The notes beneath the pieces were generated by a model that saw only the letters and a program-made list of their open reading frames with translations, did not search any database and was not told where the DNA came from. 64,000 bases of DNA from the human T2T-CHM13v2.0 reference genome, Homo sapiens. A program made the translations under genes and the position numbers. The stretch lies in assembly GCF_009914755.1 (NCBI RefSeq), contig NC_060927.1, one strand, 5' to 3'. Below, one piece after another: positions 35,463-49,710 of this stretch. Positions within the stretch are counted from its first letter, which is position 1. Every line of letters starts with the position of its first letter.

Positions 35463-36754
35463 GCCAGGCAGTGATGCATGGTAGGAAATGCAATAGGAAG
35501 AGGGTCTGGGTAAAGGCATTTCTGGTGAATTCATGGCACACCACTTCTAGGAGGGCAGGGAATCAGGAAGAGGGGTGTTACGAGCCATTGAATACACACC
35601 GAGGGATTGCAGAAGGTCTATGTGGGCTCTGGAGCTGCCATCACATGGGAGGAGAGACTGTGGACTTATATTCAGGCAAAGCAAGCTTACTGTCTTCACT
35701 TAGGTTATTTGCCTACCTGAAGTGGATTTGAGGGGCTGATGGACATTATGGAGAGAAGCCTCCCTCCTCCATCCTGAAATAAGCTACCCTCCCTTTGGTG
35801 GAACAATTGAAATCAGGAGGACAGACCAGGAGTACTACAGAGGGCAAGCAGAGCAATTCACCCTTCTACCCTTCTTAAAGTATCAGAGAGGGGGGCATTG
35901 AAGGTTGTAGAAAACAAGAGTGCAGGAGTTTAGGATTCATCCAGTAATTCAGTGACCATTAGTCCCATTCCAGGCTCGTTGACACATGTTAGGGCACGGG
36001 ATGCACCAGCACAGAGCTGCTTCTGAGAGCTAGTGCAGAGAGTGGGTGGGTGGGGAGGCAACCCAATGTGCCTGGGGAAACTGAGTCAAGAGACAGGGAA
36101 ATGAACTAGGAAGCTATTTTATGTATGCAGGTGTGAGAGAATGAGGGCCAGACACAGGCAGTGGGATTCAGAGCAATGAACATGAAGAATAGACAAGAGA
36201 GACATTGCCAAGAAGTCTATACAGGGTCTGGTACTGGATAGCAAAAGCAAGGACAAGGAAGACATATTATAGCCTTACACTTTTTAACCCAGAGTCTAAG
36301 GCAATATGTTGTTAGTGGTGCCACTGACAAAGACAAGGGAAGTGGAGAGGCAGCTGGTTTGTAAGAGAAGAGAGAGGATTTAGCTTTGGGCAAGGTGACA
36401 TCAAAGCAGGAAATCCACGATCAGTGATAGATCAGGGTGAGAGGACACAACTGCAATAACAAACTGGAGGCCCTGATGAGGCCGTCATCACTTATACTTC
36501 TCAGTGTGTCCCTTCAACACTTCCACCAAACCACCACTGCCATTTAGTGATAGCTTCTTAAAGCTCAAGGGCAGAAGAAACATCATGACCACATAAAAAG
36601 AAGATTTGGAAATAACTCATGGAAGCTATTTATTCAAATTAACACATCAAATGACACAAAGGTAGGACATCTGCAAATATGTGGAGAGCCGTGAGAATTC
36701 TGTGTAAGATATAAACATGGACATTACCTTTATTAAAAAAAAAAAAAAAAGAAT

Positions 36755-37391
<637 letters not shown>

Positions 37392-38420
37392 TCAAGATAT
37401 CTCAGCAGGGCTGTGGTCCCATCAAAGAGCATGACCAGCTGTGAGTCCTCGGCCAAATCACCTAATAACATCCCTCCTCGTCAGGGTTTTTGATTGTAAA
37501 ATAAGAAGAGGGGTTTGGAGTTCATGGACTCTAAGGTCTTCCGCTCCTGATCATCTATGAGTATAAGAATCTATGAACTTATAATTGTGTCCTAGGAACA
37601 CTGGTCCTATTTTCAGGAATGGTCAAAGCGACATGTTGCAAATTATGAGGGGACACGTGAGGACTCGGGTCTGCTTCTGTGCTTTCCTCATACACTGAGG
37701 AAGAGCGTTTCATTGCGTGTGTGGGAGGTGGGTACTCAAATGCCAGGCTCTCTGACACAAGTGGAGAAGATGAAGATGAACAAGCAAATATTCAAGACTT
37801 CATTTCCAGAAAATGAGAGGTTCACAATCCTAGGAGTTTCACCACTTTTTCCCTTGAAAATGTTTGGGGTATGGCCATGATGCTTTAAATAGTTTCTCTC
37901 TGGTTCTCCTGAGGATTTTTGGTGCCAACAGGAAGCAGCACACAGAAACTGACTAAGAAAACGCAGGTTTTGAGACAAGCTTTGATGAAGGAAGCCCCAA
38001 ATGCATTTTAAATGGACAGTAGGAGGATGTTGCTTCCTTTTGCTCTCTCATATCTGACCTGAGGAAGGCAGGATGCAATGACTCAGCAAGGCCTCAAGAG
38101 CTTCTTTCTTACAGGTGATCGGACAATGTAAGGTAATAGCTACAAGACATTCCCATGAATCTCAGGATCTCAGAATGATTGACTTTAACTGCACCACAAG
38201 TTCTGGTATGGTAATTTGTCAAATTGCTAATTAATTCTTGATTAATACAAATTCAATCATACAGTGGTATTCATCACATAATGCCATAAAGTACATGAAA
38301 GAAAGGGTCCCTGCCCTCGTGGACTCCATTACTCACTCTTCAGATGGTAGAAGGGAGACAGGTTTCCCTGGTACTGGTACACCTTCCTTTAAGAAAATTC
38401 AGTACATAAAATTAGAGATT

Positions 38421-38714
<294 letters not shown>

Positions 38715-41700
38715 ATAGAGATTTATGAGAGGTAGGAGAACATCATTACAGACATCATTACAGAGACATAGGCTTGGGTCAGACTTGCTTTAGTTTGAGT
38801 ATGAACCTCATCACTTAGTAGCTGTGTAAGATTACACAAGAGGGCAGTTACTTAAACTTTTTAACCTTTTATCACTTGTAAAATGAGGATAGTAACAGCA
38901 TTAGCTTTCAGGATTCTTGTTAGAATTGAATAAGATGCTCCATGTAGCACACTTTGCAGATTATTCTTAGCACTCAATAAATATTGACATCAATGTTTAA
39001 ATGTCATGAATAGCTCTACAATTTACAAAGCAATGATACCTGTTATCTCATTTAATCTCCCAACAAGGTAATAAAATGTAGATTATGATACTGTCAACTT
39101 ATGAAATAAATAATTGTGATTGGAAGAGGTTTAATGATTTGCCCTCAGGAACACAGCCAAGGTGCGATGAAGATAAGACTCTATACCAACAGTGTTGACA
39201 CTAATTTCCATGCTCTTTTTTTTTTTTAACTTTTTAAAAAAAGAATTATCACAGAATTTTTAATGGCAAATTTCACTATGATTCTATTTACAAAAATTCA
39301 ATAGGCAAGCTACTGCTGAAGGAGGTTGTTTTAAAGAAAGACTGTGTATCTTCTCCTGTCTCTGGGCAAAATTTTATGTTAATGATACCTTCTCCCTTTT
39401 GACAAACACAGGAGGACTTCTTTAAAATATTAGCACTTGATGAGTGGCAGTGGTGGAGGCATCACGAGTAGGGGTAACAACTGAGACTCGGGCATCATAG
39501 GAAAGGAAGGAAGGATCAGCAGTTCAGTTCTGTTGCTGGTTGGCTGATTCATCTTGAAGAAGTCACTTACATCCCCCAACCTTCCATTTGTCTATCTGTA
39601 AAATGAAAGTTATTGTCCTTCCTTCCACTGAGCCCCCATTGCCATTTTCAAACCTTAACTGCGACACTGCCATTTTCTTTCTCTAGTCTCTTCAGCATTG
39701 GCCAATACCAAGGATAGTCCCGTCCTCTTAGATTCCCTCAAGGATACCGAGCTCTACAGAAAACAAGCCAACAAAGCCCTTGTGAAGTATAAAGGAGAGA
39801 ATGATGACTTTCCCTCTTTCGGAGTGGACCAAGTGCAGAGAACTGCAAGAGTGTTGAGTCTCCACTAATATCCAGCTGGAGTCTGAGGGCCCAGGCTCCA
39901 ACCTGGCAGCAGGAACTGAACGACACCCCCTCTCCACCTGCCTCACTGGACCAGCTGCCTTTTCATCTGAGGCCCCCATTGTAGCATTTGGAGGAATGAA
40001 AGCCAGGCAGCAGGTACCGCTCTCCGGGAAGAACTGCTCTCCCGCAATTTTTTACATTTTTTGGAGGATGTCGGGGCAGTGTGTATCTGTTAGAGAGGAA
40101 GGAAAACCCAAAGAGGAAATAGAGAAAGACAAGAGCATATGAGGGTTGTGTCATTAAAAATCATCCAATATTAACCTCCTTGCACTATGATAGAAAACTG
40201 AGGCTCAGAGAAACCTCACCACACCCAGTGGTGTGGCTGGAATTAGACAGTTCCCTGCTCACTCTACAAGGACTCAAGTGCTCCCACCCAGAACTGTTTT
40301 CAGAGCAGCTGGTTGATGTTTGTCATGCATTCAGAAAATGCAACAGTAAATCAATTGTGTTGCATATAAGAAATGAGGACAGTAAAGTTGCTCAAAGAAA
40401 ATTTGAACTCATGTGCATTTGAAAGAGTTTCAAGACATATTTTTATGGGAAAATTTACAGAACAATATTTAGAAAAGAGTGCAAATGCTAATATCACACA
40501 AAAGTATAAAAACATTTCCAAGAATTGGGGAGAAATAAGATTTGGCACAAAAGTAAAATCATGTCCAATTCGATCAACCTGAATGAATTTGAAAATGCTC
40601 CTTGTAGTCAGGACTCCAGTGCTGAGACTTAGTCATTCCTAGCTTTTATTATTAGGCACAGAATGTAAGGGGAATAAATTAGGCTCAAATTTATTATATA
40701 AATGTATATAAAATAAGATGCAAAACTATATTTTACATCTGTCCCAGAAATCTTAGTTCTATTTTTTACATGAGTACAAAGATCTGTTTCACGGAATTTT
40801 TTATATCAGAAACAAAACTGAAAATAATTCAAATATTTATATCCCAAGTTTAAAAAAAAAAAGAAAAGAAAAGAAAGAAAGGGCAGGAAAGTCACTATGA
40901 ACATGGCTCCACAGATTTTTAAACATTACACTCTGAACAAGGAGGAGATGGAAGAGGTTAAGTGTTCAGCCTTGAGGAGTAAGAAATGTTGATACCATCA
41001 ACATTCTCAGACCTCTGTCGAAAATATTAACTAGAAATTACCAGTTTTCCAGTTTTCCAGTGTTGGTCTACGGATGGTTGACATTACATAATATACTTTT
41101 GCCACTCTGTATTGAAATGGAAAAACAAGGATTTTCAGACATTGCAGACAAACTGGATCTGTGTAGCGACTCCCTCCTGTAATATTTTTGTATCTAGCAT
41201 TTATTCCATCTAAGGACTATTCTTTACTCTCACATGGGCTTCTGAGGTTTCTATGGTTTTCCTCACCTTTGTTATCTTTTATCACTCATTTTGTGAAACA
41301 GTGATGGTGGTAGGTGATAGTTGTTGTTTATGTTTTAAATATCAATTGGGCTAGATAACAACTTTAGAACCCTTTTTTTTATCCTACTTTTCAAATTCAT
41401 GTGTGGAATCCAAAATCTGAGTGCCATTGGTCTAAATCCAATGTCTAACTTCTCTTAGAAGTTGAATGTCTAGCTTCTCATTGTGTGTTACATGATAATA
41501 TTTATTTTTCTGTGTCCTTCATCAGACATGTACGATCATGAATTGCGTGCAACCCCATTTGACCTATCCGCTCCATCCTGGTGGGCGTGAACATTCTCCG
41601 ATTGCCAAGCCTCCATGTAAGGATCCTTGCCAAGCCCCAAGGATCCAGAGATCATCGTCATCCTGAGAAGCCACATGAACACGATGCCCACTTCCAGTAG

Positions 41701-44700
41701 ATGAAAAAGGTGACTCAGACATTAACCACTTCAAGGGGGGGCTCCTCCACTATTGCCCCTCAGGGTCCAGATGCAACCATGTTTCTTCTAACATGATTGG
41801 AACACAAAGTTACTCCCATAATCATAACTCCAGTGAGCTTCATCCTCATGACCATCATCCCCATGGACACCATCTCCAAGGACCCTGTTCCTATGCACAC
41901 CACCATCATGGCCGTGATTGCTTTGACGATGGACCCTGTAACCCACCACCCTATAGCCAAGGTCCCCAAGGTCACCATTGCCATTGCCACGGCCCACCAC
42001 CTGGGCACTCAGAAGGACGAGGTCAAGGTAAAGGACACTGTCCCTTCCATTGCAAACTGCATCTGTGTACGGACTCCCTCCCGTAAGGAAAGGTGAGAAG
42101 CTACCACTTCCTGAAGCCAATTTTCCCAGCTTCCCATTGCTGCATGATAACAACCCTCTAAAGCCAGACATTCTGCCCTCCCTCAATCTGCCTCTGAATC
42201 ATGTCCAGGGAAGTTCAAGAGTGAGTTTCCAGAAGCATTCAAGGCTTTTGGACATACATTTCCCAAACAAAATGCAATTCTTTTGATGGGGAAAAATGTA
42301 TAATAGTTTGAATTAGAATAATAAATTAAATGACCAACACTCATGAAAATCACTGTTCCTTTCACCTTACTTGCATACTCAGGATGAAGCAAAATATGGA
42401 TGGGGGTGGTGATGGCCTGAGATAATAGATCAAATGGAAAGGAGAGGAAAGAGCTCAGTGCTGCCAATTAGTAGTCAATTCTGTCACTCGCCACTACATC
42501 ACTTTAGGAAATCTATACCCCTCAGAATTTCCTTCTTTCCTGGACTGAATGCTAATTCTAGAGTCTCTGTTACCGCTTGGGCTATACCTGGGCATAGCAA
42601 GAAAATATGGTGCTTAAACTATTATTAAAGTGACCTAAATTCTCTCCTAGTGATTGTTTCTAGTCATCTAAATTTCCTTTAGGAAAAATAAGTTAAATTC
42701 AATCATGAAGCAAACAAACCTCTGGCTATAAATTGCAAAGAAGCTTGCTAGCATGAATCATGACCATAAATTCAGGTGCACAAGAAATGTCGCTTTATGT
42801 TCAGAACAAATTAATTTCTATCTCAGGTTGCCATCCTATTGGGCTAACAGGAAATTTAACCCCAGTCCTTTTTGGAATTCCCTTGCTCTGCCCTGCTACT
42901 TTCCACAGTTGGGCCACAGTTCTAGGATCTCACACAGTTGCCAAGTGGTTCAGGTAGTGGAATCAGGAGGTCAGATCCTTGATCATTGGTCCAACAGTTG
43001 TCCCTGCTGAGGGATAGTCAGGACACTGTTCACATCACTCTTTGAATCCAGTTTATCTGCTACTTCTGTAGCAAACTGTAAATGCAGGAGTGTCTGTACC
43101 CTAGCAATGGACATGACTGCCAAGCTATAGCACATGGCTACTCTCTCCCTGGGATCTTGCAGCCTTCCTGGCTGCGTGCCCAGAAAGCAGGGCAGAGGTG
43201 TCCTCTGCCTCAGAGACCCCTCAACCCACTGTTCTTCTTCTATCTTCTCCCTCAGCTAAGGACTCTCTAGTCTCAGGTAAGTTCACTTTATTTATTTATA
43301 GGGCCAGAAGACTCTTTTTTTCACTCCGTAATCTTCTTTCTTTTTCTGTCTCAAATCAGGGCTCGATCATTTGAAACAAGCTAAAAGAATTCAGATTCTC
43401 TATACCTTCCAACTGCAATGGTGATATTCAAAGTATTGCATAACCAATGTGAAACAAGCACTGACCAATCAGACCAGAAACAACAACCGATCAGAACAGC
43501 CGCCATCCATAAACAACCAGTGTCACCACACCGGCAGATGCAGCTGAATGTGGCCCTGCAGAATCACATTCCTCCTGGAGGCATGGACACCAGGTCAGCT
43601 GCTTGAATGAGGAAGAGAGAAAGGTGAGTCCTGGGGAGAAAAAGGTGAGACCCAGGGAGGACAAAAGATACAGAGGTTAATAACTCAGAATATATCTTCC
43701 CGCACAAGCACTGGAGTAGAGTTTAATAATTTACAAAGTACTTTCATAAACATTGCTTGAGTTAATGACAATATTACCTGGAATGCAGAGGAGTTGAAGC
43801 TCTCAATTCATTTCAATTAAGTGCATTCTTCCCATACACACCCAAACTTATCCGTGGATAAGAAACCATTCCCACACTAGGAGCATACGTTCTGTACTAG
43901 AGGTTTTGCACAATACACTATGGATCATTGTTTTTCTAGACATTTTATGTCATCATGGCTAAAAAGTCTATGTATCTTGTTTGCCATTATTCCATAAACT
44001 TTCACAGGTGATGTTCACAGACAGAATATAATAGGAGTGTCTCTTCAAATGTCTAAAGCCCAAACTCCTCGCTCTTCCCTGGAAAATTTTTCCCACTTCT
44101 TACCATCACCTTTGCTGTCAGTGGCACAACCATTCTTTAAATCCTACAGGCTAGAAATATTTATTGATTCTCTCTTTTTCTTTATCCCCAATAAATTCTA
44201 TGACAGCACAGACTTTGCTTTGTTCACTAAAGTGACTCCCACATACTAGGGATACAATAAATGTTTGTTTAATGAGCTGGTACAGTAAACATTTATTGTG
44301 ACTGTGAAGATTTTTCTGTTTTGTAATTTCATCTTTACTAAAAAGTCCCTTATACAGAAAACATCATTGTATCAGAATAGGTCAGTTGCTGGAACAAACA
44401 AACTCTGTGGCCTAATGATGGAGAATGTGATTTCTCTGTCATGTTACAGGTCAATATGGGTTATCAGCAGGCGGCCATCTACATGGTGATTCGGGATGCC
44501 AGGCTCCTTTTGTCTGTGGCTCTGCCCTCCCCTAGGCCTCAGAATTGACTCTTGGGTCCTCTGCATCCAGCCCACATGGGGAGAGAGTGGAGGATCATGA
44601 AAGTGGTTTCTGTGGGCCAGGCCTGGAAGGCGCATGCATGATTCATGCTCACATTTCACTGGCTAGAACTTAGTCATATGGTCACACCTAATGCAAGGGA

Positions 44701-45683
44701 GATGGGGAAATGAAATCTACCTGTATTCCAAGGAGGAAAGGGCATAGGTAGGGAAAAGGGGCTGCACGATCACCATTTCTTAGGGAAGAAAGAGGAGAAC
44801 AAAAGAGGTTGAATTACTTGCTTAGGCTCTTATAGTCAGAAAATGTGGGACTGGGATTAGAACTTTGATTGGCTTCCTCCAAAGCCACATGCTGTCTTCT
44901 TGATGACACTGCCAGCCGACAATGCCCAGGCCTGTTTCTGAGTCTTCATGGGAAGCACACTTGCTGGTCAGCCTGGACCATTTCTGTCTACTTCCCCCTG
45001 GACAGTGCTCCCTCATGCATTTCCCCATCCTCCCAGTGTTCAACTTCTCCATCTCTGATTCTCTTTCTTCTTCTCTGCTCAGAACTTCATAAAATCTCTT
45101 CCACTCTACATGTTTTCCACACATCTCACCATTACAATCTACTTTCTCCCATGACTATGAACCTGAAGCTATTTCAGTCAGGCAGGGATTCTTAGACACC
45201 TTTCCCTAGTATTAGAGATGGTTTATAAGAACTAATCACCAGCTCCTGCACATATATTACCTCGTTCACTTCTAAAAAATACCCTGTTACGATATCATGA
45301 TTTTCCAACATTTACAGGTGACAAACCTAAGGCTCAGAAAGGTTATGTGACCCTGTCTTGCTTGGGATCACATAGGTAAGTAGCAGAGCTAGACTGGAAT
45401 CCAGGTTGGACTTACTGCCAAGTTCATGTTCCTGCCCCACCCCTACAAGGGCACCACTGACTCCCACTGACCCTTCTCCAGGGACTCTAGGGAGAATCAA
45501 TTAGCAAGTTGGATATCCTAATAACAACAAAAAGTCAACCTTTATGTTTGTAAAACTTGAAGACACACATTTACTACAGGAAAACACATGTCTCTAACCT
45601 ACCTTTAAAACTCCTCTCTCCATATAGTCTAACTTTATGAAAAAGTTTGCTTAGGCTTGATGAATGCAAAACACCATATCCAC

Positions 45684-46375
45684 TGTAGAGGCAAAAGGTG
45701 CAATGCCCTTCCTCACCCATCCTCAGGGTCACAGCTGACTTACCTACAACAAATGACAGGTGAGCAAGAGAAAGCAGAGCATATTTATTTAATCCAAGTT
45801 TCCATAACATGAGAGCCTTTAGAATGAAGGCCCAAAGACCCAAGGGACAACTGTCCATTGCTAAGCTTAGATTCCATGAAGACTGGACAGCAGCGTGATC
45901 CAACAAAAAAGAAAAGATCCAATAGTAATAGACTATCAGGGAAACCCCATAGGCCTTCTGTTGCAGTTCTCCATGGCCCCTCTGTGCAGCATTTCCTGCA
46001 CCCAGGTATGGAGCAGGACCCATCTGTCATGCAGATCTTAGGACCTGCTATCAGACAGAGTAGGTTAGAGGATTTATTTTATGGCCAGCTCCTACACAGA
46101 AAGGCCTGGATGAAAGGTGAGAGTCATATTTTAGGTTTTATGACCGCTTTGGGGCAGAGGGATTCCCTTTTCTGTGACTTGCCTTTGGGAAGAGGAATTC
46201 TAGTTTCTATGGTTTGCCTTGGGGGAGACAGGAGAGTAGGAGAACAAAGAGTGGGAGCAGGTCAGACAGATCTTGCCTCTGAGGCCAGATTTGGCTTCCT
46301 TTTGGTTTCTTTCAGTTCAATGGGCTCAGCATGCCAAGGCAACATACTGTGGGGTATCCTGTTCTGAGCCCTAAA
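45684..46375 (-). mobile_element. MER34/MER39-like LTR at the copy-1 / copy-2 junction
   Basis: Near-copy of 31884-32563, starting exactly 13,800 bp downstream. Confidence 0.7.
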
Positions 46376-47823
46376 ATATTCAAGTGAACACAGGAGTGGT
46401 AAATGTACTGGGGCAATTTAATGAAGGAGGATCTATTAGGATTGTGTGGGAGGAGGCTTCCGCTGGGTAGTGATGCAAGGGAAGGATTTGCATAGGAAGA
46501 GAGCCCGCATAAAGGCATTCCTGGTGAATTCATAGCACACCACTTCTAGATGGGTAGAGAATCAGGAAGAAGGGTGCTAGAGAGCCATTGAATATACACA
46601 GAGGGGCTGCATCTATGTTGGCTCTGGAGCTGCCATCAGATGGGAGGAGAGACCGGGCTTATCTTCAGGGAAAGCAAGCTTACTGTCTTCACTTTTAGAT
46701 TATTTGCCTACCTGAAGTGGATTTGAGGGGCTGATGGACATTAGGGAGAGAACTGAAGCCTCCCTCTTCTATCCCAAAATAAGCTACCCTCCCTTTGGTG
46801 GAACAACTGAAACCAGAAGGACAGACCAGGAGTACTACAGAGGACAAACAGAGCAATTTACCCTTCTACCCTTCTTAAAGTATCAGAGAGGGGGCACTGT
46901 AGATTGTAGAAAACAGGTGTGCAGGAATTTAGGATTCAACCAGCAATTCAGTGACCATTAGTCCCACTCCAGGCTCATTGTCACATGTTAAGGCACAGGA
47001 TACATCAGCACAGAGCTACCTCTAAGAGCTAGCATAGAGAGTGGGTGGGTGTGGAGAGAACTCAGTGTGCCTGGGGAAACTGAGGCAAGAGACAGGGACA
47101 TGAACTAGGAAGCTATTTTATGTATGCTGGTGTGAGAGAATGAAGGCCAAACCTGGGCAGTGGGTATTAAAGCAATGAGAATGAGGAATAGACAAGAGAG
47201 ACATTTGCCAAGAAAGACCATTCAGGGCCTGGTACTGGATAACAAAAGCAAGGAAAAGTAAGACATCTCGTAGGTTTACATGTTTTACCCCAGTCTAAGG
47301 CAATATGTAATTAATGGTGCCACTGACAAAGACAAGGGAAGTGGAGAGGCAGCTGGTTTGTAAGAGAAGAGAGAGGGTTGAGCTTTGGGCAAAGTGACAT
47401 CAAAGCAGGGAATTCATGTTCAGGAATAGACCTGGGCAAGAGCGCACAACTACAAGAACAGACTGGAGGCCCTGATGAAGCTGTCATCGCTTATACTTCT
47501 CGGCGTGTCCCTTCAACACTTCAACACCTCCACCAAACCACCACTGCCATTTAGTGATAGCTTCTTAAAGCTCAAGGGCAGAAGAAACATCATGACCACA
47601 TAAAAAGAAGATTTGGAAATAACTCATTGAAGCTATTTATTCAAATTAACTCATCAAATGACATAAAGGTAGGACATCTGAAAAGATGTGGAGAGCAGTG
47701 AGAATTCTGTGTAAGATATAAAGGTAGATATTACTTCTATTTAAAAAAAAGAAAAAAACCTCTGGACTGCCGCATGCTATTCACGTATCGCTTTTGGCAT
47801 TTTTCGGGAAACTGCAGCTGTGT

Positions 47824-47861
47824 TTTATTAGTCAGTGTTCTCTAGAGGGACAGAACTAATA

Positions 47862-47904
<43 letters not shown>

Positions 47905-48280
47905 AGTTTATTAAATATTAACTTACACAATCACAAGGTCCCACAATAGGCTGTCTGCAAGTCTGAGGAGGAAGGAGAGCCAGTCCAGGTTTCAAAATGG
48001 AAGAATTTGGAGTCCGATGTTCGAGGGCAAAAGCATCCAGCACAGGAGGAGGATATAGGCTAGGAGGCTAGGCCAGTCTCGCCTTTTCATGTTTTTCTGC
48101 CTGCTTTATATTTGCTGGCAGCTGATTAGATGGTGCCCACCAGATTAAGGGTGGGTCTGCCTTCCCCAGCCCACTAACTCAAATGTTAATCTCCTTTGGC
48201 AACAGCCTCTCAGACATACCCAGGATCAATACTTTACATCCTTCATCCAATCAAGTTCACACTCAGTACTAACCATCACA
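47824..48280 (-). mobile_element. MLT2A1-like (HERV-L) solo LTR with internal (TA)n, inserted in exon 2''
   Basis: Minus strand starts TGTGATGGTTAGTACTGAGTG; TSD TGTGT at 47819-47823 and 48281-48285. Confidence 0.85.
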
Positions 48281-48739
48281 TGTGTATTAGTCTTAGATGT
48301 GCAAGAATCTGATTATTCGGTCCTATCCAGGAAACACTGGAATGACTGTGAGCCAGCTGTTTTCAGATGTCCATCTGATATGCTAAGTGACAGGGCACCT
48401 TTGCCCTGCTCCTATCGTTTTTACTTTCCATCTGCTCTTCTCACTCAGGGCAGCCAATGCCTGAGCTAACACAGCAGAAGAGAAAGGGCAGCTTTTGCCT
48501 TGAGATTCATGAAGATGATATTGACCTTGAATAATACTATTGAGAGTCATTCCTAGGAACCCAATTTGAGATACCTCAGCAGGGCTGTGGGCCCATGAAA
48601 CAGCATGACCAGCTGTAAGTCCTTGGGCAAATCACCTAATAACACCCCTTCACGTCAGTGTTTTTTATTGTAAAATAAGAAGAGGGGTTTGGAGTTCATG
48701 GACTCTAAGGCCTTCTGCTCCTGACCGTCTATAAGAATC

Positions 48740-49710
48740 CGACAGAGGGAGCAGGAATAAGACTTTAGAAATATCGATTCTAATGTTCTTTAGAAGGTCT
48801 GGAAGGTATAAGCAGGACATGGACTGGAACGTATGCTAAATGACAGCAGACAAATTCTATTTCCTTACCTGAGCAAATATTTTACTGAAACTGCTTATGT
48901 ATGTCAAACGAGCCCACAACTTCAGCTACACAGCTTTTTGTATTGAAAGAACTCATACTTTTTGTAGCTTTTATTTCACACTTAATTTGAAATGACTTTT
49001 AGCACTAAAATGCCTAGAAGATTTTACTCCAGACCTATAAGGAAATGTTTAGTTTTTATGAAAAGTGACAAGTCAGTGGTTAAACTTCTCATGTCTTTGG
49101 TGTTTTGGCCCTAATAGTACTGGACAACATCACGACAACATGGAGACATATTTTTGGAAGCAAAACTTTAATTTTATATAATGTATGCTATAGAGAGCTA
49201 AGAAAATTTAAGGGCTACTTGTTTTCTTTCTTTCTTTTTTTTTTTTTTGCTTAATGAAATGGAATCCACTAGGTTGAAGACTCTTGATATCATGTGCTTG
49301 TCTAATCATTTTTTGTTTTATAAATTAGAATAAAATCTAGTTGTGATCATGATCATCAAATGGATATGTTTGGAAAGCTACCTCTTACTTGTGAAATGTT
49401 TTTTAAATCAGAGTAACAATAAACTGATTCATTCAGCTTTTCATTAGGTTGTTTTGTTCTTGGCTATAATACTCCTGATTCCTGAAGAATTATGTTAACA
49501 AACAGGATAAAATTCCACATGCATTTTATTTCCCAGTGAATTGTATAAACTTTATTTTTGTGGAAGGTTGTATGTTAAATCAATATTACATTCTTATATC
49601 ACTTCTTGAGAAGGAAGTTCCAACTTGAATTTATCATTTCCTTCAAAATGAAGGGCAGTGCTTAGTTAAATAAAAGATTGATGATATCTTTTAAGCCAAA
49701 AAAAAAAAAA
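48740..49710 (+). pseudogene. 5'-truncated processed retrocopy of an unidentified mRNA (mostly 3' UTR)
   Basis: AATAAA 49669-49674; poly(A) from 49698; TSD aagaatc at 48733-48739 and 49711-49717; empty site in copy 1 (tataagaatctatgaac ~37563). Confidence 0.8.
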
